Below are positions 53,006-64,000 of a stretch of 64,000 nucleotides of DNA, in pieces; position 1 is the stretch's first letter, and each line of letters starts with the position of its first letter. The position numbers and the translations under genes were made by a program. The DNA comes from Phoronis australis (taxonomy: Eukaryota; Animalia; Phoronida), in the NCBI GenBank assembly GCA_002633005.1, contig NMRA01000655.1, positions 74,643-138,642 of the forward strand, given 5' to 3'. The notes beneath the pieces were generated by a model. That model had not been told where the DNA came from. It made no database searches and was given only the letters and a program-made list of their open reading frames with translations.

Positions 53006-56000
53006 TTATGTATGTATCATTGTTCTAAGTGTAAAAATACCTCTACTACTTTCAGTATGATAAATGTTGACGCACTTCGAATTTGTTTTTTCTACAGAAA
53101 ACTTATTTACTATTTGGAAGCGACAATGTCAAATTAATTACCGTAAAACTACATTAACCATTTCATGTAATCGATGATTGTGTTTTGCTTGGCTAAAAGT
53201 TTGCTTATGACGCATCAGTGAAGCAGTGACTAATGGATTACAACCAGTGCATTTTTACATTGTTCACTGAGTTACATACACAAATGAGTGAATGACGTGT
53301 TATTTTGAAGGCATCCATGATCTCGTAATTTAGCTTTCACGAAAATACTTGATGAAACATCTTGCTACGTCCTCGATAAGATCTTCTAATGCAAGCTTTT
53401 AGTGAAGCATTATGGGAAATATTAATGTAACCAACTCACATTACGTTACTGAAGAAAATTCCCATAATTTGTCAGTCTATGCTTGCTTCAAAGGCACGGT
53501 GAACGTTGAACAGCTCAACAGTGATCGTTTCAGTATATGACATTGAAGAGCAAGCACTGCTGCCCTCATTCGGCACTCACCACGGCCGTTCCAACTACGC
53601 CCGCTCCACCACGACCGGCGATCACAATAGGAACTATTTTAGTTATTATGTAAGGCAATTTTCAATTTAATTCATCATAATATAAGCCACAGTGTATGCT
53701 TATATTTAGTTGCTGTTAACTAAGGACATTGGGACTTGCTCAAGACCACTCTAAGCTCTGTATAGTAAATCTGTCGTGAACCTAAACGCTTCAGATTAAC
53801 AGTAGCTGAAGGGCCTCTGAGCACTGTAGTTCCTATCGCGTACACACTTACAACCAAGGACAACCGAACCAAATAGGGGTCCCACAAAACACAATTTACA
53901 AGAGGGTCCTAAGGTTAAAGTAGTGCAATTCAGAGCGATGTGAATTCAGTGCAGAGACATTGGTATTGGGCATGCGTAGCAATGGCAAGCAAAGTGGAAA
54001 CTGGGGTACTGCATGTGGAAAGGTGCCTAGACACGTGACCTGTCTGTCAAAAGATATTTACATACAAGTTAGAGAAGATTTATACCTTTGGAACACTCGA
54101 GGTATTTGCGGTGCTCAAACATAACGTATAGAATTGTAGTGAGGAATTGACAGGGACCTCAGGGGTCTCAAACTCCACTGATTATCAATATTATTTTGAA
54201 AACGCTTTGCCCTGTCACACATTGTGTGTCATAAAATAGATAAGCATACATGTAGCCCCCTACCTGCAGCTGACGCAGCAAGTAGAACTACTCTCGTTTA
54301 TCACATTGGTGTACGTAGACTCACAGTTGAACTGTGGTTTTCTGTTGACCCCAGACCGTCCGGAGTTGCACCATATACCAACTCCGGACGGTCTCTCACG
54401 ACAATTTAGCGTTATGAAATGCACCAAAATTCAATACGGGTGCTAAGGAACACAAAAAAGGCGGGTGACAAGAGACGGTTTCACGCAAATCTTTTGTTCT
54501 TCCCGCTGTTTCATCTACACATTATTGTCTTTGCAGGTTCTTCGTGTCCGGCACTCTTTATTTTGTATGTGGTATATTGTTCATGACGTATGTGAGGGGC
54601 GCTACCAACTGTCCTGAACGCATTCCTAACGTTACCTTTTGGAAAAACTTACCCGGATTCATTAAGGTGAGGGTCACAAAAACACGTCATCAAACAAGAC
54701 GTTCAGAATTAAATTTTGTAGCATGCATGTAAACGCAAGGAAAATTCAGATAAGCGAGAGCGAATTGCGGCACAGTGGACCTCTCATTTGGGAAAATATT
54801 GGAGACATATAGAAACTTGTTTGAAATCGGTGGCCACCTGGGGTTGAGCGGTGGCATAAAAACTGAAACTGCTGGTATTGTGGTTTCCACGGGTAACTGG
54901 TGGCAACAGGAATAGCCAGATATTGGCAGCGACCGGAGATAGGGGTGGGGGATAGTGAAATTCTCGTGCGCCTTCAGCTAGGATGTCCAGATACGCCTAT
55001 TCATGTATGGGGTTTTTCTAGTAATGACAGGGCCTTAGTAATAGTTGTCGACTTTTAAAAATAGAAGAGAACCGACGCTTCTGCTTGGTGCTAAAGCAGA
55101 GATATTCGAGAAGTTGAGAGTTCTAAATTTAGCCACTTTATATCTCTGGGCTGATGACTTCTCCTGTCATCCATAAAACAGGTTACCCGAACAACACGGG
55201 TTAATGAGTTCAACACTCGGTATTGCATTATGTTTAAACAGTTCGCTCAAGTATACACGGCTCACTGACCCTTTGAACCGAGTCCACTGGCTCACAGACA
55301 CAGCTGTTGATGTCCAACATTGCGCCGTCACTGCAGTAGCCAGAAGTATTCAACAAAGGAGAGAGGGGGGAGGGGAGTGCTGGGTGAGTGCAAACGCAAA
55401 ATTTTTGGGGAAAGTATCGGACACCAAACTGAAAAGACTTCGACCGGGAGGACGGCTTTTCTGTAATAAATAGGGGAGCCTTAGCCCCTGTAGCTACGCC
55501 AGTGTAATTAAGTTCACCGGCGAAACACGCCTGAGGTTCCCAAACAATTTGTCGCTGGAGTTACAAACAATGCTCACTGACCTAATGTTCGTTTTCCGCG
55601 AGGACCATGCTTGTGAGCTTGGGAATGATTTGCTGGGTACAAAAGACGAGTTTGTCCGGCAACGTGTTTGGTTGATGTCGAGCCGTCTTGTGAATCGGTA
55701 AACCGAGTTTATCGGATCCGTGAACCGTGTTACGAGATGGAACCATGGTTATGATTGCGGTAGGAGTGTTGTTCCGGTAGCATGCAACGGTTAAGAACTA
55801 CAACCAAGCTCAATCAAGACTCACTACATGTAAATGTACGATAAGGAAGTTACGGCAACGGGGATTTTGACGACTAAGAGCCGAAGGAGACGGTAACACT
55901 ATAAAAAGATTCTTGGTTTTAATTGATTGGACATGGGCATTTAATTTACATTCTGAACGGGAGGTGTGGAGTACATTTTTTCCTCTCCATTACACAAATT

Positions 56001-58176
56001 TGCCATCGACATTAAATACCCGCTTGTATCGACTCATTATCCAACCAATCCAGACGGCACATTTCCCTATCTTTTGTGTTGCTTATAGCGCATAGCGCAT
56101 GTTTTGTTTAGGTGAAGGTATATAATTGAGCGCAGGCTTCTTTCGGCCTTACCATTCAAGCATCAGAAGTCAGTTTAATTTTGACGTGGGTAAACCCAGC
56201 TATGGCGAACTTATTTCTATGATTCGAACACTGATTTCGGTTACACTCTGTGTTCTTTATATTCGTAGAATCATTAATGCATGAAAATGTATAGTTTTCT
56301 TAAAGCAGTTTTGATAGGCAGAGTTGTTTGTCTCATTTTATGGTCTAGCTCGCGACTTATGATTCACTCTGCCCAGAAACACAGTTTGAATGATTATCGA
56401 TAACCTGAATATCAAGTTCAAACGCCTGCAGCTTCGCATTGCGCAAAATGGTGACCAGGAGTACTCGTACCTCGTATGGAAAGCCAAAGAGGAAAAAATT
56501 CAGGACACATATCCTATATTCACAAATTAAAAACTCTGCAGGACCAAAACAACAACTCAAAACCAGACCTATACATGTAATTATGTCGGGACCAAAATTT
56601 AACACTTCAGCACCGAAAATTTATCACGTCAAGACAGAAATCTTTCATGCCAGGAGACCTCGTGACCATCCACAAGCCGGTGTCCACGAACACTTGGACA
56701 GTGACCTAGATAGATATCTTGTAGCAACTTTAGTGAATCATCTGCATTTTGATAAAATGCACACAGGCAGACAGGCTGTGGTATTCATCCATATTCAAGT
56801 CTAATGTGTCCAAATGTGGAAGAAACATCGGAAATGCGTTCAACCTCATTGTCTCGACAATATGGTAGTCTTTGGCGAGACATTGTTGAACGCTTAGCCC
56901 TTGTGTACCCTCGCTGGTTCCCTGCGTGCCGCCAGCAGGTATCACTTAATTTTCCTCGGGAAATTTTTTTACACCTGCGTTTCTGATTGGCTAGTCGAAT
57001 TTTCAACAGGCAGCGCTTTACGCAAACAAACTGACATGACTGATGGACGGAAGTGTAAGTGTGGTCTGTTGTACAGACAAATCCGTGCTTAAAATTTATG
57101 TTAAAAAAAATGTGAAGCCTTTTCGGAATGCATCTTTCTACTGTCGATGACTTTTGTTTACGATAGTGTCCTGTATTCATACAGTATGAATAACACACCG
57201 GTTAAATCGGCCAGATATGTGTTTATTGTACACGTATGTGCTTCAAGCACGCGGCTATTTAAACATCACTGCAGAAACGAAATAGTTGCTGCGACGCCAC
57301 TTGCATGACAAGGCTAAAAATCGTTCACAGTCCGCCATTTTTTCACGGTATTGTAAAGCTAACCAATGACTGCCGAGGTTATATCGACCAATGCTATAGC
57401 GCGTGCCACTGCGTGATACCTGCGTGCTGGCTGGGCTAAGCACGCAGGGAACCAGCGAGTTGTGTACCTAGTAGTCACGTGATCGCCTGCCATGAAATAT
57501 TTCTGGCGTGATAAATTTTCTGTTCGGAGACGCGTTAACTTTTCGGTGGTGGCGTATGAAATTCTGGTTCTGACTTGTTATACTTTCAGTCCTGACGCGA
57601 TAAATTATACGTCTTGACGTTAGAAATTTTGAATCGTGACGTGATAAATTATACGTATTGACGTGATGAATTTTGGGTCTTGACGTGATAAATTATTGGT
57701 CGTAACGTGATGAACTTTAGGTCATGACGTGACAAATTAAAGGTCGTGACCTGATGAATTTTGGGTCGTGACGAAATAAATTATAGTTCGTGACGTGATG
57801 AATTTTGGATCGTGATCTGATGAATTATAGGTCTTGAGTTGTTTTTGGTGTTGCAAATTGAAAAAACATTTTAGAATGTTTGTAATTTTTGGATAATTGA
57901 GGCATAAATGTTCGTCTTGCAGAGTAAAAATAATGTTTTGTCTTGTTTTTGAGTCTTGCACAGAAAATAAGTTTCCTGGATTTGTTGCGCTCTAGCTTTT
58001 TATTACCTCGCCTCAACATTAGCAGATGTAGAAGTCAATGTAAGTGATACATCCGTATAATGTTTTTAAACTACTACTGCCTACGGATTATTCCGAGATT
58101 TTTTATGTTTTAGGATGGGTTCAAGTTTACTGTCAGCGGTTTTAAGACGTCTGGCGGTGGTTATGATAAGTTCTGA
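49876..58176 (+). CDS. MRH-domain type I membrane protein, CD-MPR/ATG27-like, paralog C (267 aa)
   Basis: Exons 49876-50045, 50765-50855, 51471-51601, 52666-52768, 53534-53649, 54537-54666, 58114-58176; 804 nt open, same phases. Translation: CKKQLSSCKC..IDLMPL..YKWNPC..VCQ..LQC..YMTLKSKHCCP..ITIGTILVIMFFVSGTLYFVCG..IPNVTFWKNLPGFIKDGF..GYDKF*. Confidence 0.88.
52913..53017. repeat. (TA)n/(TATG)n microsatellite
   Basis: Visible. Confidence 0.9.
56475..58058. mobile_element. Unclassified foldback-like element with 22-bp subterminal repeats; related fragment at 10560-10765
   Basis: Inverted arms AAATTTATCACG..TTTCATGCCAGGAGACCTCGTGAC (~56618-56667) and GTCACGTGATCGCCTGCCATGAAA..CGTGATAAATTT (~57474-57519). 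A ~22-bp TGACGTGATAAATT array spans ~57590-57835. The left end TATGGAAAGCCAAA is the reverse complement of TTTGGCTTTCCATA at ~10752-10765. Right boundary uncertain. Confidence 0.5.
56910..57459. mobile_element. MULE-like MITE (550 bp) with 9-bp TSD
   Basis: TIR CTCGCTGGTTCCCTGCGTGC / GCACGCAGGGAACCAGCGAG. TSD TTGTGTACC at 56901-56909 and 57460-57468. Confidence 0.85.
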
Positions 58177-59025
58177 TTTACAAGACTTCTCTTGCTGCGC
58201 TACTTCAAAGTGGTCAAAGGACTGGCGACAAAGTGGCGACACGTCGGGCATATCGAATTTGCGGGATTTACGTGGACTCTTTGTGCGCTCCTTACCGTAT
58301 GATTATTGAGTTGGCCGTTTCTTATAACATAATAGGCGAGGAAATGCTTTTTTCGATATAGAAATGCCATACTCTACTCGATGAACAAAATTATAGGGAC
58401 TTCATAGGCGAGAAAACAAATTTTGCAGAAATTAGCAACAGCGCGGAGTTGAGCACACTACCACTGGACATAGGAACTGTAGCGCTGGAAGGCCAACTCC
58501 TGCTCGTGACCTAGGAACTTTATTGTTAGAGGTTGCGACCCCGAGACCATCCGCGAGAGTTTGACCTCTGAATTTCCGTCCGTCTGCTCGATGCACTTTT
58601 GGTCGAGTGTTGTAGCAATCAAATCAACTTCAATTTCACTTCGTCAATTTTGTTCATCGAGCGAGACTCGTGGTTCTCTTCCAGACTGCCATCTATTTCT
58701 CGGCAACACTAGTCAACAAACCCGACAATTACACTGGTCATTCTTTACCCGCACCGACCTGTGACCCTGGTGGAATCCCGGAAGAGTCTGGCCTCTGACA
58801 TCTTTTCATCTCCAGCCTTAGAACCACTTGCAACAGCCTATCAACCTACATCCGGGGTTTTTCAACGAGACATTTTACAGTGTTATATTCACGTTACAGT
58901 ATTTTACGGAAAGAAGTGACATTTTGTGTTCGAGTGTTTGTTTTGCAAGTATGAATGTAAAGTTGAGGCCCTACTAACACGTGTGTTTACTATCTTTTGA
59001 AAATTAATCGTAATTGCGTACTTAA

Positions 59026-59075
59026 GTGTGTGTGTGTGTGTGCGTGTGCGCGTGTGTGTATTTGTGTGTATATGC
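59026..59075. repeat. (TG)n microsatellite
   Basis: Visible. Confidence 0.9.
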
Positions 59076-59710
59076 ATGCGTGCATATACTATTACCATTT
59101 TCAATTGTTTGTATAATAATTGTGGAAGGTTTACCTGTTGCCTCGACGCCGTTTTCTAATTTTATTCGATTTCCTAGCAGAACTTTTATCATCTGAAATA
59201 AAACGAAAAAACTAAAAATTTACCTTGTAAAAGAATCCAATCCAATACACCATGTTGCTGTCAACATACAGTCTACTTGGCGATTGTCCCGCTCTTGGCG
59301 GATTATAATCGTCATCAAGGCACACCAGCAAAATGTCCCGCTTTTGACAGACGTCGAATTTGACATAAGTTATCATATATAATCGTAATTTCCACGCCCC
59401 ATAGCTATACTGTCCCGTTCGACTAAAAGCAGAAAAAACAGGGCGTTTTACGGGCTTTAGCGGCATTCGCAATTTCCAATTCGACTAAAATAAAAAAGAC
59501 GTCGAATACTTTTGGGGTTCCGTCTCCCGTGTGTTGCGATAAAAATTTCACCCTTGCGTTTCGCCTTAGACCCAGATGTCCCGTTTTTTACCTGGAAGTA
59601 CCGCTTTTCTATCCAGTTGGCCGTGAAAACTTCATGTATGCACCAGATGCTCAAAAGCATTGTCAGTTCCTTATGAATATTGTTATTTTCCAAGAGACCA
59701 CTTTCTTTAA

Positions 59711-60907
59711 ATTGATTTATTGAGACATATACACATGGCCATTGGCCCCAAGTATGTCATGTACAAGACAGAACATTGTCAGGTGCCACGTTTCAAACTG
59801 GATAAGACATTATGACGCTTGAGAGCGTGATGGACGAATTTAATAAGTAGGCTATCTGGAGTTCTCATGAGAGAATCAAATTTAGATGTCGTGGGAGAAT
59901 GACAAAAACGATCACTTAAGTACTTAACCCGAAGGTCTTGATATGCACTACAAACTAACACAACGTGGTATTCGTCCTCTACACACCCAGAATTACATAA
60001 TTCACACAACCTGTTTTCATAGAGAATATTTGTGTGGCGACTTCCTTCCACCAGTAACGAATGATTTGAACATCGCAATCGAGTCAGGTGCGGAGAAGTC
60101 CTGAGTGACGAAGATATCAGTGTTATTGTTCTTCTTATTCTGTAGAACCTTGTCTTTATCTTTAGACCTCATTTTTGCGATTATCGGGCGATGTTTGTTC
60201 GAAGTTTTGCGGCCAAGTCTGTGAGCTCGTTCGATTATGACACCATCAACATCCAGGCAGTCTTTCAAAAAGTCGGTAACTTTGGACTCAGACTGTTCCC
60301 ACGATTCGTGATTCTCCTCCGGTATGCCATGAAAGATCAAGTTGTCGCGTCTTGATCGATTCTCTAGGTCGTCTAATTTAAACTCAAGGTATTTCACCTT
60401 TTCATGTAGACGACGATTTTCCTCTCGTGTTGCGTAGTAGTCTTGTCTCAGAGCATCTAGTTCTTTAAATACATCTGATTTCAAGTTCTCAAATTTATCA
60501 TTCAAAAGTTTCAATAGCTCCCTGTTAGAAATGTCAGACGTAGAGGGGTCCGGTTGAGTTAGATAAGACGTGATCCCCCGGGTTTGTGGCCTACTACTGG
60601 TTGGAGTTTTCTTGGGAGGCATGGTGAGACATCAATTACGTAACAATAGCTTCACAATCGATGTAGGTCAAAATCAAAATCAAAATGTCCGACCACTCTT
60701 TCAGCAATGACAGGGCGACAACTCAAAGTGTGCAGTAACAGAAAATAGACACACACATGGGACTTAACTCACCAATGAGCACCTCCACAAAACAAAGTCT
60801 TTCTGGTTTGGTAGCAATTAAAGTGCAGAAACCAGGTTACGAGTGCACAGAACACAAAATTAGGGAGACTTCAAGCGTGGCAATACTACGACAACGCAAC
60901 CTACCTG
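59711..60907 (-). mobile_element. Internally deleted LINE: ORF1 (coiled coil + RRM) fused to ORF2 C-terminus (RTEX/CR1-like)
   Basis: ORF1 60622-~60086 reads LDDLENRSRRDNLIFHGIPE..IERAHRLG..RPIIAK. It abuts an ORF2 tail RLRCSNH..RLCELCN..VEDEYHVVLVC..Y..LR ending at 59779, then AATAAA at ~59717-59722. Possible TSD TCTTTAA at 59704-59710 and 60908-60914. Confidence 0.8.
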
Positions 60908-63013
60908 TCTTTAATAACATAACAACCGTAAAATTGTTTTCCAATTTCTCATGTTTACGGGATCATTAATTTTTGCTTTCTGAAGAAAAGAGTTTATTTC
61001 TTAATTTCTTTGGCAAATCAATGTAATGAGCTCTCCACAGTACGTTTTAAAGTTACATAATGGATGCCCACAATTTATCAACCAGAAAATCCCTGTCAGT
61101 AAATTTCTGATACACAGGCGAAGTAATTAGTTATTCACATTTTTGTAAGTGTCCCTGCATCCTGAATTTTTCGGAAGAATTTATATACACGAAACGGCAC
61201 CAAATATCCAATTAATAGATAAAATAGGTAATTTTGAATAAATGTCTGAGTAAATTTTTCACAGCAACTCTGAGGGATCTATATTTTAAAATCTTTGTCT
61301 CTATAGGCAGAAATCTTTTGAATTGTTCATTGAAATTATTTACACTGAAGTTATTTCCCTGCAGGTTTAAGTAGTCATTTATGAAACTTCTCTAATCGCA
61401 TTTCCTTTTTATGTTTCTATTACCCTCTGCTATTTTTCGCGGTAACAAACTTGGTTTTTAATATTGAACAAAAAGTTTTAAACCTAGTTGCCATAATTAT
61501 ATGTGAATTAAATTATTCATGTTTTGCTGCAGGTATAATCATACACCATCAAGAACTGATAAAGAGTTTTGTAATGATATAACTCTAATGCAATTCGGAT
61601 GAAAAACGGAGTTCCGAAAAGTGTTAGTGACAGTAAATTCCATAGCAATAACCAAAATCGGAACAAACAATTCAAACAAACTCCAAGCATGCGTGAGAAA
61701 ACTCAGCAGCGCGAGACCGAAAAATGCGCTCTAATGCTAGAATTATATGCTCTGCAATAGCAGTCGAACGCTCTATCGCATGAGCCAAAACCCAAGCATT
61801 AAAGACGCATAGTCTAATTAAATTGTGAAAATGCAAAAAAGTACTAATTTACAATCAACTCCGCACCCTCCAGTGTGCCGGAAACCAGCCGAGAACCATT
61901 TACCATTACAATCTCACGAAAGTCTCGTTTTGCGAGACTATTTTTATGTAATACTTCTTCATGGCGGACGATGCCAGCCAAGAGAACGAAAAAGGCATAT
62001 AACTTAGTTTATTTGGGACCCCACCTTGCATGGCGGCAACTCAGTGTCTTGATGTAGCTGTAAATAAACAATGAATTGGCAATATATTTCCACAAACTTC
62101 TGGTCCACATTTCTTAGGACGACACGGGAATCCCTAATGAAACAAAGCACATTTTTATTATTTGTTTTTTCACTATCTAATAACAATTGTGTAATATGTT
62201 TTTAAGGGTACTGACTGTGGTGTTTCTTTTAAAAACGCAATTTATTTTCAAATTGTTTCTGTTCCTGATTATACCTGTACACACAGTTCTCCAGGAAGTA
62301 TCTAGGTGGCGCTTGTTAAATATTCACGGTTTTAATGAGACATATCGCAACTTTAAGTAGCATAGTATTTTAAGCGTAAGGTACCGGCTATGATTTCAGC
62401 TAATGCCCGACAGACAACGCCGACGATTTACGATTTGTAATAAATCACTGAAACAACGATTTATTTAACTTCAAGAAGTCCGAGTTATTCAATAATTATC
62501 CCAAACTTAAAGTTTTTCTGTCGCAAGCGATAACGTCCAAATAACTAATAAAGTCACCGGCAATCGAGTTCAGTTTGTGGCTGGAAATCGTCCAGGAGCG
62601 GGCCCAGGATTTTGAGTTAGGGGGAAGGCGGGGGCAGGGCAAAGTATTAGCCAGGATTTTGCTCGTCAGACATCCGCACTCCCGAATTGACAAATGGAAT
62701 CTGGGAGAATTTTAGGGAGGAGGGACATGGCCCCCTTGGTCCCCCTCTAAATCCACCAATGTCAACGGCAAGAAATGGCAAGTTGTAATAAAATCCCAGG
62801 TAGATGCCGTGCGTATGGAGTTGCCACTGTGAAAATTTAAGCTACGTAGCGTTTTCTCTAGGTGCTTCTCTATATCTCTACACCATGGTTGTGAAGTTGA
62901 CGATTTGTCAACCTTTAGCACCCGAAGACAAATCATTGTTGTGGCTTCTTATCATGTCTCATGATTTCGTATCACGCACTAATAAACCAACGAGCGCCAC
63001 AGTGAAGCAGGAA

Positions 63014-63234
63014 ATGGACATACTAGGTCGATTACGATGTTCACTGTCACTTACGAATCCGTTTAAAGGTAGAAGATGTCTCGTTATTGTTATAATAGCA
63101 ATCTCTGCTTGGCGAACTTGCGCAGACGGAGTGCAACATGTTAACTGCACGAAAATATCCAGCTGCGCATGTGAAGTAAAGGGCGGTGGGAGAATTGACT
63201 TGTCTCTACTCGATAACAAGACAGGACAGGCATC
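63014..63234 (+). CDS. Exon 1 of MRH-domain receptor paralog D (rest beyond window)
   Basis: MDILG..CLVIVIIAISAWRTCADGVQHVNCTKISSCACEVKGGGRIDLSLLDNKTGQA(S) followed by a GTAAGT donor. Same motif and same phase-2 junction as exon 1 of A-C. Start codon choice is uncertain. Confidence 0.8.
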
Positions 63235-63591
63235 GTAAGTTCGTCACATGTACATAGAGCGCGATTATAGCCGCGGTATAGAATTCACCAACGCTGACTT
63301 TTAAGTTCATGCACAGTCCGTTTGTTTGAATGCAAAACCACCGGCAACACTACTAGTTTTAATTGAATTATAACTGGATATTCAAATCTGCATTATCCTG
63401 CGGTTCTGCAGTTCGCCTGACATCTGAGACTAGCCTAGAATGTTCATAAAACTTGTGTGTTACGTTTAAGCGCCAATGCGTCTTCTACTCCTGAACACAG
63501 ATCACATACATGCACAGTCATGGTTCTTCAAACGTGTGCAACACTTCAATGTGATAACTTGTGAATTATCGTATACCGTTAAACTAATAAA

Positions 63592-64000
63592 CCTGGGCCC
63601 GGTCTCCAATCTTTTTACTCGAAATGGAACTCAAAACTAGGTTTGGCATTTTCTACTCTACTTTTGGGCGAACTCAAGATAATTGTCTATTATTCTATGC
63701 TCGAGTACACAATAACGTACGTAGATAATTTATTGCCCTTAGATCACAGTTTGTAAACTCGATATAAAAGCAATAAGTTCGAGTTTGAACTCGAAATTTC
63801 GAGTTGTTACTCGAGTTTGTAGCACGAATATAAGGGTTTTCAAGGGCAAACTTGAACTAGAAACTCCTATGCATAAACTATAATGTATTTGAGCACAGTC
63901 TGATAACCAATTATCTTAAGTTCGCACAAAAGGAGCAGAGAAATTGCCAAAAATAGTTTCGAGTTCGTTTCGAGTACAAAGATTAGAGACCGGGCCCAGG
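63592..64000. mobile_element. MITE with ~100-bp TIRs (Harbinger/Tourist-like)
   Basis: CCTGGGCCCGGTCTCCAATC..GCGAACTCAAGATAATTG is mirrored by CAATTATCTTAAGTTCGC..GATTAGAGACCGGGCCCAGG. Confidence 0.75.

Noticed and set aside
62804-63013. Long N-terminal extension of paralog D suggested by the ORF track
   Set aside because: It begins at a GTG and has no counterpart in A-C. The ATG at 63014 precedes the hydrophobic signal segment, though upstream in-frame ATGs cannot be excluded.

Overview
AT-rich, intron-containing animal DNA (probably a marine invertebrate; species not determinable from the sequence) with two small assembly gaps and one isolated N. The left ~27 kb is a nest of decayed transposons. 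It holds an ISL2EU/Harbinger-type element (THAP-DDE transposase convergent with a SWIM-YqaJ nuclease) whose THAP exon is split by a P-like element, an internally deleted BEL/Pao LTR element, Helentron-type non-autonomous repeats, and two Kolobok-type THAP elements with ~300 bp inverted ends and nested 9-bp-TSD MITEs. Among these lies a spliced, divergent single-TOG-domain gene (TOGARAM/crescerin-like) on the minus strand. From 29.5 kb to the end is a head-to-tail array of at least four paralogous type I membrane receptors with one MRH-like domain (CD-MPR/ATG27-like). Three were reconstructed completely by hand as 7-exon genes (259, 263 and 267 aa); only exon 1 of the fourth is in the window. 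The ORF track misses these genes almost entirely because the exons are short. Family assignments come from motif recognition by eye; no database searches were run.
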